From NCBI GenBank assembly GCA_963768675.1, contig CAVYIV010000016.1, positions 152,150 to 216,149 of the forward strand: a stretch of 64,000 bases of DNA. Reading direction: 5' to 3'. Shown piece by piece: positions 10,164 to 19,843 of the stretch (positions are counted from its first letter, which is position 1; the number at the start of each line of letters is the position of its first letter). Under the pieces are notes generated by a model, which was given only the letters and a program-made list of their open reading frames with translations, ran no database searches and had not been told where the DNA came from. The stretch is from an uncultured Chloroflexia bacterium (GTDB lineage: Bacteria > Chloroflexota > Limnocylindria > Limnocylindrales > CSP1-4). The translations under genes and the position numbers were made by a program.

Positions 10164-11156
10164 GCCGCGCCCCCCTGCATCCCGATCCGGGTGCGGGGGT
10201 CGACCAGGACATACGCGATGTCGATCAGGAAGTTCGCCACGAGCACGCCGATGATCACGAACAGGAACACGCCCTGGAGGAGGAAGTAGTCCTCGTTCTG
10301 GATCGCACTGGAGGATGAGGTATCCGAGGCCCGGGTAGGAGAACACGACCTCGGTAACCAGGGCACCGGCGACGATCACGCCCAGTTGCAGCGCCAGCCC
10401 GGTGATCTGGGGCAGGACTGCGTTGCGGAACGCGTACCGGCGGACCAGGCCGCTGGGGCGCCCCCAGCGCCTCGAGGTAGTGCGCGTAGTCCGACTCGAG
10501 CTCGTAGATGATCATGTTCCGCATGCCGATCGCCCAGCCGCCGAACATGACCAGGAAGAGCGAGAGGAACGGCATGAGCCAGTGCGTGTACGCGTTGAGG
10601 AAGAACTGCCATGTGAGCGTCGGAGACATCGAAAGATCGAAAGGCGCCCGACAACGGGAAGATCCTCAGGACTGACCCGAGCCCCCAGGCGAGCAGGATC
10701 CCGAGCCACATGTACGGCGTCGCAGTCAGGATGTAGCCGACCGGCAGGACGGTGTTGTCGAGTCGCTTTCGCCGTGCGGCATACGCGCCGAACTGGTTTC
10801 CGGCAACCCAGCTGAATAGGATCGCCGGAACGAGCAGCACGAGCGTGTACGGCAAGCGCCGACATGATGACGTCGGTGACGGGCCGCGGGAACAGCCACA
10901 CGCTGATGCCCAGGTCGCCGTGGAAAAGCGCGACCCAGAAGTTGAGGTACTGCTGCCAGAGCGGGTGATTCAGCCCGAACGCGCCGAGGAAGTAGCCCAT
11001 CATCCTGTCAGCCGCGTCGGGCTGCAGGTTCATCCGCGCGAGCATCCCCGACACAGGGTTGCCGGGCATGAAGCGCGGGATCATCCAGTCGACCGTCACC
11101 GCGACGACGAACGTCAGGATGTAGGTGACGAGCTTTCGGGCGAAGTACCGGCGCAC
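10160..11156 (-). pseudogene. ABC transporter permease (OppB/DppB-like), multiply frameshifted
   Basis: MRRYFARKLVTYILTFVVAVTVDWMIPRFMPGNP..., [84 protein letters not shown] and [39 protein letters not shown] are each in a different ORF-track frame. Confidence 0.7.
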
Positions 11157-11184
11157 GATGCCTCCCGAGAGGTCTGGGAAATAG

Positions 11185-11230
11185 GAGCCCCGTCCCTCGC
11201 CCCGGAATCCGAGGCGAGGGACGGGGGCTC
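11185..11230 (-). promoter_or_regulatory. intercistronic stem-loop between binding-protein and permease genes
   Basis: GAGCCCCGTCCCTCGCC (11185-11201) pairs with GGCGAGGGACGGGG(G)CTC (11213-11230), giving a 17-bp stem with one bulged G and an 11-nt loop. It lies in the 85-nt gap between the SBP stop and the oppB-like start. Confidence 0.5.
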
Positions 11231-11241
11231 GCGAGAGACGC

Positions 11242-12973
11242 TTACTTCAACTTCAGCGTCGTGAGCATGAGCACCGAGCCCATGTTCCAGTACCCGCCCC
11301 ACGTGACGGGCATGTAGTGCGGGCTGCCCGCCGCGGCGGACGGCCAGTTGGTCCAGACGTTGTTAACCTCCTGCGCCCACGCCCCGTTGTACCACAGCGG
11401 GATGATCGGCAGGTTCTGCAGCTGGATCGTCTGGATCTGGGAGATGATCTTCTTCATCCCGACAACGTTGCTTGTCTGCGTCGCGTCGAGCTGCTCGACC
11501 AGGGTCCAGATCGTTGAGTTCTTGTACCGCCCATCGTTGCCCGCGACCTGCGTGGCCTGGATCGGCTGGCGGAACATCCACTGGTAGTACGCCCAGGGGG
11601 TGTTGGCGATCTGGGCGTCGTTCGCGATCGCCAGGTCGAAGTTGCCCGTCTGGACCTTGTTCGTCCTGTCGTTGTAGGAGGGGAAGCTCGGAGTGATCCT
11701 GATCCCGCCCGCCTTGGCGCTCTGGGCGATCGACTGGATGGCTGCCATCCAGTCCGTCCAGCCGTTCGGCACGATCAGAGCTCAGGTTGATCACCGAGCC
11801 GTCCTTGTTGCGGAAGTAGCCGTCGCTGCCCATCTTGTAGCCCGCGGCCGTGAGGATCTTCCTGGCGTCGGTCGGGTTGTACGTGTAGCCGTACTTGGCG
11901 ACGACGGACTTGTCGACGAACTGGTTCCAGGTGGGCAGGAGGCCGGTCGGGTTGGCGGCCTGAACGATCTGTCCGTAGACGTTGTTCACGATCTGGCTGA
12001 CGTTGATCGATTCGGCCAGCGCCCGCCGGAAGACCGGATCGTTCGTCGGCTTCTTGACGTTGTTCGTGACCAGCCAGGCGGTGTTGGCCGACAGCATGTA
12101 GGGCGGCTTCGGGTAGTAGGTCTGAATGCCGTATCCGCCGATACCGCTGACGATGCTGTTAATGCCGGGCAGGAAGTTGTTACTCAGGTCGATGGTTCCC
12201 GCCAGCACCTGGCCGAGCTCGACGTTGTTGCTGCCGTTGACCTCGTCGACGATGTAGGTCGGCTTGACGTCCAAACCTAGGAGCGACGTGCCCCACCATG
12301 CGTCGTTCTTGACCCAGACGACCTTCGTCTGGTCGTAGGTCAGCAACTCGTACGGGCCGCTGCCGACGACACCGGCCGCAGCGTTAGGGCTGGTGTTGTA
12401 GGTAAGGACGTCCGTAACCGTTCGCGTCCCCCACACATGCGCCGGCACGATCGCCACGGTGTACAGCGAGTTCGACCACTCCTGGTAGAGGGCCTTGGAG
12501 AACGTGAACTGCACCGTTAGGTCGTCGACCGCCGTCACGCTCTGGAGGAAGTTCCACAGCGTGCTGTAGGGGACCGAGGCAAGCTTGCCGAGGTCAAAGG
12601 TGTAGACGACGTCAGCGGACGTGAGCGGCGTCCCGTCGCTCCAGGTGAGCCCCGAACGGAGCTTCAGCGTGTAGGTCTTGGCCCCCGTCCAGCTTCCACT
12701 CTGCGCCAGCCAAGGAATGAACTTGTCGGAGAGCGGGTTGTACAGGAAGAGCGACTCGTAGAGCAGCCCGAACGTTCCGGTCACGTAGCCGCCGGCGACC
12801 GGGTTGAAGTCGGTGGGCGGCCCGTACATCGTGCCGCTCGTGTAGAGCGTCTGGTCGCGCGGATAGGACGTCGGGACCGGCCCAGGGCCTGCCGCGCTGG
12901 CGGCTGCCGGGAAGAGTGCTCCGACCAGACTCGCGCTCGCTAGCAGGACGAAAAGCCTTCGCTTGAGACCCAA
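11242..12973 (-). pseudogene. ABC transporter substrate-binding protein, family 5 (OppA/DppA-type), one frameshift near 11775
   Basis: Signal peptide MGLKRRLFVLLASASLVGALFPAAASA, then a long family-5 SBP body in ORF 11363..12973 up to ...DGSVINLS. The C-terminal third (PNGWTDWMAAIQSIAQSAKAGGIRITP...PLWYNGAWAQ...TTLKLK-stop) continues in ORF 11242..11772. TTG start 12973 follows AAGGAGGA. Confidence 0.8.
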
Positions 12974-13045
12974 TCCAGTTCCTCCTTCTTGCCCCCTCCG
13001 GGAATGGAGAGGCGATACCTGCGTTGCAGGGAAGTCAGCGCGCAG

Positions 13046-14095
13046 TCATTCGCGAGGCACACCTCCCACGCTGGATTGCCGAATGACCAGCTCCGTCGGC
13101 AGGAGCACCCTTCGGGGGAAGCGCCGCGGATCGCCAAGGAGCTGCAGCAGGGCCCGAGCAGCCTCGGTCCCCTGCTGACGGACTCCCTGCCGCACCGTGG
13201 TGAGGGGCGGATCCAGGTGGGCCGCAAACTCGAGGTCGTCGAACCCGGCGAGCGCGACGTCCTCCGGCACGCGCAGGCCGCGCGTGTGGATCGCCTCGAG
13301 GGCACCCGCTGCAGAAGCGTCATTGGCACAGAAGATGGCGTCAACGGTCCGATCCAGGAGCTTCCCGGCTGCGGCGAAGCCCGACTGAACGTTGAAGTTG
13401 CCGTCCACAACAAGACCGTCGGGGTCAAGCCCAGCGCGTCCCATGGCCCGCTGATAGCCGGTCACGCGGTCCTCGGCGTGGACCGTGCCGCGAGTGCCCG
13501 TGATGTGGCCGATGCGGGTCCGGCCGAGGGAGATCAGGTGAGTGGTCATGACATCGGCCGCTTGCTCGTTGTCGATGTCGACATAGCTCGCGGTTAGGTC
13601 GGCGCGGCGGTGCCCGATCAGGACCGTAGGCAGAGTCGACGCGAGCAGGCCGTCGACGACGGCATCCTCCAGGGAGTGCGCCGACACGATGACGCCGTCG
13701 AGGAAGCTCATCCCGAGCACGTGGTCGAGGATCTCCGCCTTCGTCCGGTAGCCCAGCCACAGCATCAGCCCGGCGCCTTGACCGGCGAGGTGGTCCGCGA
13801 TGCCCTGAAGCAACTGCGAGAAGTACTGGTCCTGGAACAGAAGGTGGGGGTCGACGTGCATCACCACTCCGACCACGCCGGACCGCCCTGACGCAAGCGT
13901 CCGTGCAGCGGCGTTCGGCCGAAAGCCCGTCCGCTCTATTGCTTCGAGCACGCGGCGCCGAGTCCCCTCCGCAACCGGGCCACCATTGATGACGCGGGAG
14001 ACTGTGGCGCGTGAAACGCCGCTCAACGCTGCGAGTTCGTCGAGGGTCCGCGCCGAGCCCTCCTCGCCTGGACCCCCTACCGCCCTCTGGACCAA
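13046..14095 (-). CDS. LacI-family transcriptional regulator (CebR/CelR-like)
   Basis: N-terminal HTH LDELAALSGVSRATVSRVINGGP...RRRVLEAIERTGFRPNAAARTLASGRS followed by a periplasmic-binding-like sugar domain. Intact 349 aa. The only in-frame start before the HTH is TTG 14095. Confidence 0.9.
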   Translation of the reverse strand: MVQRAVGGPGEEGSARTLDELAALSGVSRATVSRVINGGPVAEGTRRRVLEAIERTGFRPNAAARTLASGRSGVVGVVMHVDPHLLFQDQYFSQLLQGIADHLAGQGAGLMLWLGYRTKAEILDHVLGMSFLDGVIVSAHSLEDAVVDGLLASTLPTVLIGHRRADLTASYVDIDNEQAADVMTTHLISLGRTRIGHITGTRGTVHAEDRVTGYQRAMGRAGLDPDGLVVDGNFNVQSGFAAAGKLLDRTVDAIFCANDASAAGALEAIHTRGLRVPEDVALAGFDDLEFAAHLDPPLTTVRQGVRQQGTEAARALLQLLGDPRRFPRRVLLPTELVIRQSSVGGVPRE

Positions 14096-14118
14096 CGGCC
14101 GCCCTCCTGCGGCACAAA

Positions 14119-14132
14119 TGGAAGCGCTCCCA
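14119..14132. promoter_or_regulatory. CebR/CelR-type operator (TGGAAGCGCTCCCA)
   Basis: 14-bp near-perfect palindrome, one mismatch from the TGGGAGCGCTCCCA box described for actinobacterial CebR/CelR regulators. It lies 24 nt upstream of the lacI-family gene, in the divergent intergenic region. Confidence 0.6.
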
Positions 14133-14274
14133 GGATATGGCCGGCTGGTAACCGTGTCAAGGGTCTACACTAGTGGTGAGCGCCCGATCGGAGTGACTGG
14201 GAGCATCAAGTGAGAATGAGAGCGCTTCAGGTGTGTCAGACTGAACGCCCGTCGCGATGGTGTGGAGGAGCTCA

Positions 14275-14793
14275 ATGACAGCACAGGCGAAGCCGCCCTG
14301 GAAGCCGTCGCACTGGCTTCGCAATGCCTCGATCGGCGTCATCGGGGTCATGGTCGTGCTCGCAGCGCTCGGGATCGCCGCAAATCGCGAAACGGGCGCC
14401 GAAACCCCGGCTGCCCCGGGAGGTCCGGCGGCAACGAGCGCAGGCGCGACCGCCCCGGCGGTCTTCCCCGACGTGTCGCCCTCGCCGTCTCCATCGGGTC
14501 AGACGCTCCTCGACATCAAGGGCACGGGCCCGACCGTATCCCTGGACTTCCACGCAAGCGGCGACAGCGTCGACGTCAAGTACGACTACACGTGCGGTGC
14601 GAACGACAGCTTCTCGCTCGACTTCTATGGGGCAAACAAGAGCCCACTCCTGCCGGACAACCTGGTCAGCGACGACCCGGGCAACAGTGACTCGAGCATC
14701 ACGACCGAGAACCTTAACGGAATGGCAGGGCCGTTTCATGTCGAGGTGACCTCAACGTGCACATGGTCGGTTGAGGTCATTGGACAGCCCTGA
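14275..14793 (+). CDS. hypothetical membrane-anchored/secreted protein
   Basis: MTAQAKPPWKPSHWLRNASIGVIGVMVVLAALGIAA (N-terminal TM anchor), a Pro/Ala-rich linker, then a small Cys-containing domain. ATG 14275 follows GGAGGAG; the alternative start is 14257. Confidence 0.5.
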   Translation: MTAQAKPPWKPSHWLRNASIGVIGVMVVLAALGIAANRETGAETPAAPGGPAATSAGATAPAVFPDVSPSPSPSGQTLLDIKGTGPTVSLDFHASGDSVDVKYDYTCGANDSFSLDFYGANKSPLLPDNLVSDDPGNSDSSITTENLNGMAGPFHVEVTSTCTWSVEVIGQP

Positions 14794-14921
14794 GCCCGCT
14801 AGATGCGGTTTCAACGTGACATGCACCGAAGGCTCGAGTCGGCTCGTGGCAGCAGGCGGATCCTGAAACAGCGGCCTCAAGGTTCCCCGTTCAAGTGCCA
14901 GGTCTGCATGAGCGCGCTTCC

Positions 14922-16295
14922 ATGAAGGAGAATGAGTTGGAGTCGTTGACCTTCCCTGGAGGATTCGTGTGGGGGGCCGCCACGGCCGCGTACCAGGTGG
15001 AGGGGGCCGCCCGCGAGGACGGCCGCGGCGAGTCGATCTGGGATCGCTTCTCCCACACTCCCGGTCGCGTCCGCAATGGAGATACCGGTGACGTGGCTTG
15101 TGACCACTATCACCGCTACAGCGAGGACGTCGCGCTGCTGGCAGGACTCGGGCTGAACGCCTACCGATTCTCGGTCTCGTGGTCCCGCGTGCTTCCTTCC
15201 GGGACCGGCACCATGAACCCGCGCGGACTCGACTTCTACGACCGCCTCGTCGACGAGCTGCTGGCGCACGAGATCGCGCCATTCGTGACGCTCTACCACT
15301 GGGACCTTCCGCAAGCCCTCGAGGACGCGGGCGGCTGGCCGGTGCGCGCGACCGCCGAGGCGTTCGCTGACTACGCCGGGATCGTCGCGCGGCGGCTTGG
15401 CGACCGCGTCCGCAGCATCGCCACGCTCAATGAGCCGTGGGTCGCGGCGGACCACGGGTACAGGATCGGCACGCACGCGCCGGGGCGCACTGACCCGTTC
15501 GCTGCGATCGCGGCGGCTCACCACCTGCTTGTGGCACATGGCCTAGGCATGCAGGCCATCCACGCCGCTGCGCCTGCGACGCAGGCCGGGATCGTCCTCA
15601 ACTTGGCCCCCATCCATCCCGCGTCGATGCACCCACTCGATGTGGAGACCGCAGCACGCGAGCACAACTGGCTCAACCGCTGGTACCTCGACCCGCTCGT
15701 CGGGCGGGGGTACCCGGAGCCGCCGGCGTGGGCCGCGGGACATGCGAGCGCCGAGATCCAGGCCGGCGACATGGAGCTGATCGCCGCGCCGCTCGACTTC
15801 CTGGGCGTGAATTATTACAGCCGAAACCGGGCTCGCTCGCCGCTTCTCCCGCCCCTCGGGCCGGCGGGAGATCCGGTGGAGCGGACGGGGATCGGCTGGG
15901 AAGTCTATCCGGCCGGCCTCGCCGAGATCCTGGACTTCGTCGTGTCGCGGACCGGCCCCCTGCCGCTCTATGTCACCGAGAACGGCGCCGCCTATCCGGT
16001 GGACGAGGCGGATCCCGGGCGGGATCCGGCGCGGGTCGATTTCCTTCGGCGCCATCTTTCGGTGGCACACGACGTGCTCGAGCGCGGCGTGCCGCTGCGC
16101 GGGTACTTTGCATGGTCCCTGCTCGACAACTTCGAGTGGGCCCAGGGATACGGCCCGCGGTTCGGCATCATCCACGTGGACTACCGGACGCAGGAACGCC
16201 TGATCCGCGACAGCGCCCGGTTCCTGGGGTCCGTGGCGCGCTCCGAGCGGCTCCCGCTGGACAACGCGTTTCCAACCATACGTCCGCCGGTCTGA
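14922..16295 (+). CDS. GH1 beta-glucosidase
   Basis: [24 protein letters not shown] (acid/base Glu) and YVTENGAAY (nucleophile Glu) are GH1 hallmarks. The start could also be GTG 14895. Confidence 0.9.
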   Translation: MKENELESLTFPGGFVWGAATAAYQVEGAAREDGRGESIWDRFSHTPGRVRNGDTGDVACDHYHRYSEDVALLAGLGLNAYRFSVSWSRVLPSGTGTMNPRGLDFYDRLVDELLAHEIAPFVTLYHWDLPQALEDAGGWPVRATAEAFADYAGIVARRLGDRVRSIATLNEPWVAADHGYRIGTHAPGRTDPFAAIAAAHHLLVAHGLGMQAIHAAAPATQAGIVLNLAPIHPASMHPLDVETAAREHNWLNRWYLDPLVGRGYPEPPAWAAGHASAEIQAGDMELIAAPLDFLGVNYYSRNRARSPLLPPLGPAGDPVERTGIGWEVYPAGLAEILDFVVSRTGPLPLYVTENGAAYPVDEADPGRDPARVDFLRRHLSVAHDVLERGVPLRGYFAWSLLDNFEWAQGYGPRFGIIHVDYRTQERLIRDSARFLGSVARSERLPLDNAFPTIRPPV

Positions 16296-16347
16296 GCGCC
16301 CCACGCCGGCGATCCCGACGGCCCGACCACGTGCGAAGGGAGATCCG

Positions 16348-17361
16348 ATGACCACCCGACAGCCGGCAACGGACCCCGCTCCCAGGGATGGGAACCCACC
16401 AGCGATCCCCTGGGAGGACCGGCCGGCCGGCTCGACGGCCGTGCTCTGGCGATCCTCGCGCAACCCGATCATCCGCCGCGACCACCTCCCCCGCTCGAAT
16501 AGCATCTTCAACTCGGCCGTCGTCCCTTTCCGCAACGGCTACGCCGGCGTCTTCCGGGTGGACGACACGACCCGGACGATGAACATCCACGCGGGCTTCA
16601 GCGCGGACGGTGTTGCCTGGCGCATCTCCCCGCAACCGATCGAGTTCGCGCCGGGGGACGACCGCATCCCCGAGATCCAGGGCCGCTTCGAGCACGCCTA
16701 CGACCCGCGCGCGACGTGGCTGGAGGATCGCTACTACGTGACGTGGTGCAACGGCTACCACGGGCCCACGATCGGGGTCGGCTACACCCACGACTTCGAG
16801 ACGTTCCACCAGCTCGACAACGCGTTTCTGCCGTTCAACCGCAACGGGGTCCTGTTCCCGCGTCGGATCGGCGGCGCCTACGCAATGCTCAGCCGACCCA
16901 GCGACAACGGGCACACGCCGTTCGGCGACATCTTCCTCTCGGAGAGCCCCGACCTGGTCCATTGGGGCCGCCACCGCCACGTCATGGCGCCCCGACCCTG
17001 GACGTGGGAGTCGACGAAGATCGGGGCGGGCCCCACCCCCATCGAGACGCGGGAGGGCTGGCTGCTGATCTACCACGGCGTCCTGACGTCGTGCAACGGG
17101 TACGTCTACTCGATGGGTGCGGCACTGCTCGACCTCGACCAGCCCTGGAAGGTCATCGCGCGCAGCCGGGACTACCTCATCTCGCCGCAGGTCCCGTACG
17201 AGCAGGTGGGCGACGTCCCGAACGTGGCATTCCCCTGCGCCGCGCTCGTGGACGCGGAGCGCGACCGGCTGACGATCTACTACGGGGGGGCCGACACCGT
17301 TGTGTGCATGGCTCACGGATCCCTGACCGAGGTCATCGAGTTCGCGCGGTCGAGATCCTGA
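16348..17361 (+). CDS. GH130 family beta-mannoside phosphorylase-like glycosidase
   Basis: [66 protein letters not shown] and [16 protein letters not shown] match the GH130 (DUF377) five-bladed propeller family. Intact 337 aa. Confidence 0.85.
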   Translation: MTTRQPATDPAPRDGNPPAIPWEDRPAGSTAVLWRSSRNPIIRRDHLPRSNSIFNSAVVPFRNGYAGVFRVDDTTRTMNIHAGFSADGVAWRISPQPIEFAPGDDRIPEIQGRFEHAYDPRATWLEDRYYVTWCNGYHGPTIGVGYTHDFETFHQLDNAFLPFNRNGVLFPRRIGGAYAMLSRPSDNGHTPFGDIFLSESPDLVHWGRHRHVMAPRPWTWESTKIGAGPTPIETREGWLLIYHGVLTSCNGYVYSMGAALLDLDQPWKVIARSRDYLISPQVPYEQVGDVPNVAFPCAALVDAERDRLTIYYGGADTVVCMAHGSLTEVIEFARSRS

Positions 17362-17386
17362 CCGACACGTCGCGGAAGAGGGCAGC

Positions 17387-19843
17387 ATGCGCTACGGGCA
17401 TTTCGACGACGTCGAGCGCGAGTACGTGATCACCCGTCCGGACACTCCCCTGCCCTGGATCAACTACCTGGGCAGCGAGGAGTACTTCGGGATCATCTCG
17501 AACACGGCTGGCGGCTACTCGTTCTACCGCGACGCCCGGCTCCGCCGGCTGACGCGCTATCGCTACAACAACGCGCCGCTCGACCTCGGTGGCCGTTATG
17601 TCTACCTCCGCGACGACGCCTCCGGCGACTACTGGAGCCCCAGCTGGCAGCCCACCCAGCACGATCTGGAGGACTATTCCTGCCGCCACGGTCTGGGCTA
17701 CACGATCATCTCCTCGCGCTACCAGGGTATCCGCGCCGAGGCGCTCTACTTCGTCCCCGGCGGCGACAGCCTGGAGATCTGGCGGGTTCGGGTCACCAAC
17801 GAGCGGTCCGAGCCGGCCCGGCTCTCGCTGTTCAGCTCGATCGAGTTTTGCCTCTGGGACGCCCAGGACGACGCCACCAACTTCCAGCGCAACTACTCGG
17901 TCGGCGAGGTGGAGGTCGAGGACGGCGTCATCTACCACAAGACCGAGTACCGGGAGCGGCGCGACCACTTCGCCTACTTCGCCTGCTCCGAACCGCTCGC
18001 GGGCTTCGACACGCAGCGGGACGCCTTCCTGGGGCCCTACCGAAGCTGGGACCGGCCGATCGCGGTGGAACGCGGCACGGCGTCGACTCGATCGCCCATG
18101 GCTGGCAGCCGTCCGGCTCGCATCAGGTTCGGCTCCAGCTGGGCGCGGGAGAGACAAAGGAGATTATCTTCCTGCTCGGCTACGCGGAGAACCCACGGGA
18201 CGCGAAGTTCGACCCACCCGGCTCGCAGACCATCGACAAGCGGCTGGTCCGGCCGACGATCGCGCGGTACCTGCGGCCCGCCGTGGTGGCCGAGGCGTTC
18301 GACGCGCTGCGGGCACGCTGGACGGACCTACTCAAGATCAGCCAGGCACATACAGGAACGAGCACGTCGACCGGATGGTCAACGTGTGGAATCCCTACCA
18401 GTGCATGGTCACCTTCAACATGTCCCGCTCGGCCTCGCTGTTCGAGTCGGGCATCGGGCGCGGCATGGGATTCCGGGACTCGACCCAGGACCTGCTGGGC
18501 TTCGTCCACCTTGTTCCCCCCGGGCTCGCGAACGGCTCATCGACGTCGCCTCGACGCAGCTGCCGACCGGCGGCGCGTATCACCAATACCAGCCGCTAAC
18601 CAAGCGCGGCAACAACGACATCGGGTCCGGCTTCAATGACGACCCGCTCTGGCTTGTGCTCGCGGTGGCGGCCTATCTCAAGGAGACCGGCGACGCATCC
18701 ATCCTTGACGAGGCCCTTCCGTATGACAACCAGGCCGGGACTGAGCAACCCCTCTACGAACACCTCCAACGCTCGATCGGCTACACGCTGGAGCGGCTCG
18801 GCCCGCATGGCCTGCCGCTGATCGGGCGGGCCGACTGGAACGATTGCCTGAACCTCAACTGCTTCTCGGAGACGCCCGGCGAATCGTTCCAGACGACCGA
18901 GAACAGGGCGGGCGGTGTCGCCGAGTCGGTCTTCATCGCCGGCCTCTTCGTGCTCGCGGCGGACGAGATGGCCGCGATCGCGGCCCTCCGCGCCGATGCC
19001 TCCGAGGGTGCCCGCTGTCGCGCCGGCGCCGCGGCGATGCGCGAGGCGGTGGCTCGGCACGGCTGGGACGGCGCCTGGTTCCGGCGCGCCTACGACTTCC
19101 ACGGTCGGCTGGTGGGCGCAGCCGAGAACGATGAGGGCCAGATCTTCATCGAGCCGCAGGGCATGTGCGTCCTGGCCGGCCTCGGCCTCGACGACGGGCG
19201 GGCCCGGATCGCGCTCGACTCGGTGCGCGACCGCCTGGTAACGCGGAACGGGATCGTCGTGCTCCAGCCGGCCTTCACCCGCTACCACCTGCACCTGGGC
19301 GAGATCTCGACCTATCCGGCCGGGTACAAGGAGAACGGGGCGGTCTTCTGCCACACGAACCCCTGGGTGATGATCGCCGAGACCCGGACAGGCAACGGGG
19401 ACGCGGCCCTGGACTACTACCTCCGGATCAACCCGTCGGCCCGGGAAGACCGCTCGGAGGTCCACCGCGGGGAACCCTACGTCTACGCCCAGATGATCGC
19501 CGGGGACGACGCGGCGGCCCCGGGCGAGGCGAAGAACACCTGGCTCACGGGGACCGCGGCCTGGAACTTCGTCGCCATCAGCCAGTGGATCCTGGGGGTC
19601 CGGCCCGAGCACGCCGGTCTGCGGATCGATCCGTGCGTGCCCATCACGTGGGGTGGATTCACGGTCACGCGGCAGTTCCGGGGCGCGACATACCTGATCA
19701 CCGTGCACAAGGAATCCGGCGTATCCGGCCGCGTGGCGCGGCTCCGGGTGGACGGCCGGGCGCTGGACGGCAACCTCGCTCCGTTGCCAACCTCGCCGGG
19801 CGCCGAGATCGAGGTGGAGGCGTTCGTCGAGGCGACCCCGTGA
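17387..19843 (+). pseudogene. GH94 cellobiose/cellodextrin/chitobiose phosphorylase, with three frame changes hidden inside an open ORF
   Basis: N-terminus MRYGHFDDVEREYVITRPDTPLPWINYLG and C-terminus AGYKENGAVFCHTNPW...GEPYVYAQMIAG...WLTGTAAW are typical GH94. Between about 18080 and 18520 the conserved peptides sit in the other two frames: [14 protein letters not shown]...[12 protein letters not shown], then [45 protein letters not shown]. Confidence 0.8.

Noticed and set aside
14909-14922. A second CebR-like operator (TGAGCGCGCTTCCA) overlapping the GH1 start region.
   Set aside because: Only the right half matches the box, and as a palindrome it scores 4 of 7. It could be a degenerate or indel-damaged site, but the sequence alone does not support calling it.
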